DNA from: a virus
DNA length: 28,059 nucleotides
Virus record (IMG/VR): IMGVR_UViG_3300045988_141296
Coordinates: 1 to 28,059 of that record
Reading direction: 5' to 3' (one strand)
Each line of letters begins with the position of its first letter. Position 1 is the first letter of the stretch. Both the position numbers and the translations under genes were made by a program. The notes beneath the pieces were generated by a model that did not search any database, was not told the origin of the DNA, and worked only from the letters and a program-made list of their open reading frames with translations. This document shows positions 28,018-28,059 of the stretch, piece after piece.

Positions 28018-28059
28018 TTAATCAAATTTAGAAATAAACATATAATCTTTATCTTTTAA
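28018..28059 (-). CDS. 3' end of a minus-strand gene (partial)
   Basis: The minus-strand frame is open from the window edge to TAA (28020-28018): ..LKDKDYMFISKFD*. It is 2 nt from the next minus-strand ATG. Confidence 0.25.
   Translation of the reverse strand, partial: LKDKDYMFISKFD

Noticed and set aside
1-28059. A suppressor tRNA (anticodon UCA) or any other tRNA gene within the window.
   Set aside because: All intergenic gaps are about 150 nt or shorter and are filled by hairpins or promoter-like A/T sequence. I saw no GTTCRANNC T-loop box with cloverleaf-compatible flanks. A tRNA, if present, must lie elsewhere on the genome. An eye scan is not exhaustive.
1-28059. CRISPR arrays, rRNA genes, integrase/attachment sites, or transposase-type mobile elements.
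   Set aside because: I saw no regularly spaced direct repeats, rRNA-like sequence, or tyrosine/serine recombinase or transposase motifs in any frame. The only mobile-type genes are the homing endonucleases.

Overview
AT-rich (about 30% G+C by eye) segment of a tailed, siphovirus-like phage genome. I call 35 tightly packed plus-strand genes, then a strand switch at about 27.73 kb into small minus-strand genes. Modules in order: nuclease/HNH/sigma-factor genes, small and large terminase, a tail-tip and tape-measure module, a head module (protease, scaffold, major capsid), two fibre/LRR receptor-binding cassettes, then portal, connectors and a lysis cassette. Main result: the standard-code ORF track is artificially fragmented because TGA is read as a sense codon, almost certainly Trp (code-4-type recoding). 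I find 35 in-frame TGAs in 19 of the 35 plus-strand genes. Every gene ends in TAA or TAG, never TGA. Reading TGA as Trp joins the fragments into full-length proteins: TerL 415 aa, tail proteins of 734 and 1149 aa, tape measure 774 aa, fibre 780 aa, and an M15 endolysin. The TGAs sit at family-conserved Trp positions. TGA is unevenly distributed: it is absent from scaffold, capsid and portal but present in terminase, protease, tail and endolysin genes. No tRNA gene lies in this window. Other points of interest: an ECF-like sigma factor split into two overlapping ORFs; a T9 slippery run joining two long open frames by a -1 shift; a 50-nt palindromic element at three module boundaries, one copy inverted; five free-standing homing endonuclease genes plus one packaging-type HNH; duplicated fibre/BspA-LRR cassettes; and non-canonical morphogenesis gene order. 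Absent Shine-Dalgarno sequences, BACON-like and BspA-like domains and TAnnTTT-type motifs point, as inference only, to a Bacteroidota-type host. All functional calls come from motif recognition by eye; no searches were run.
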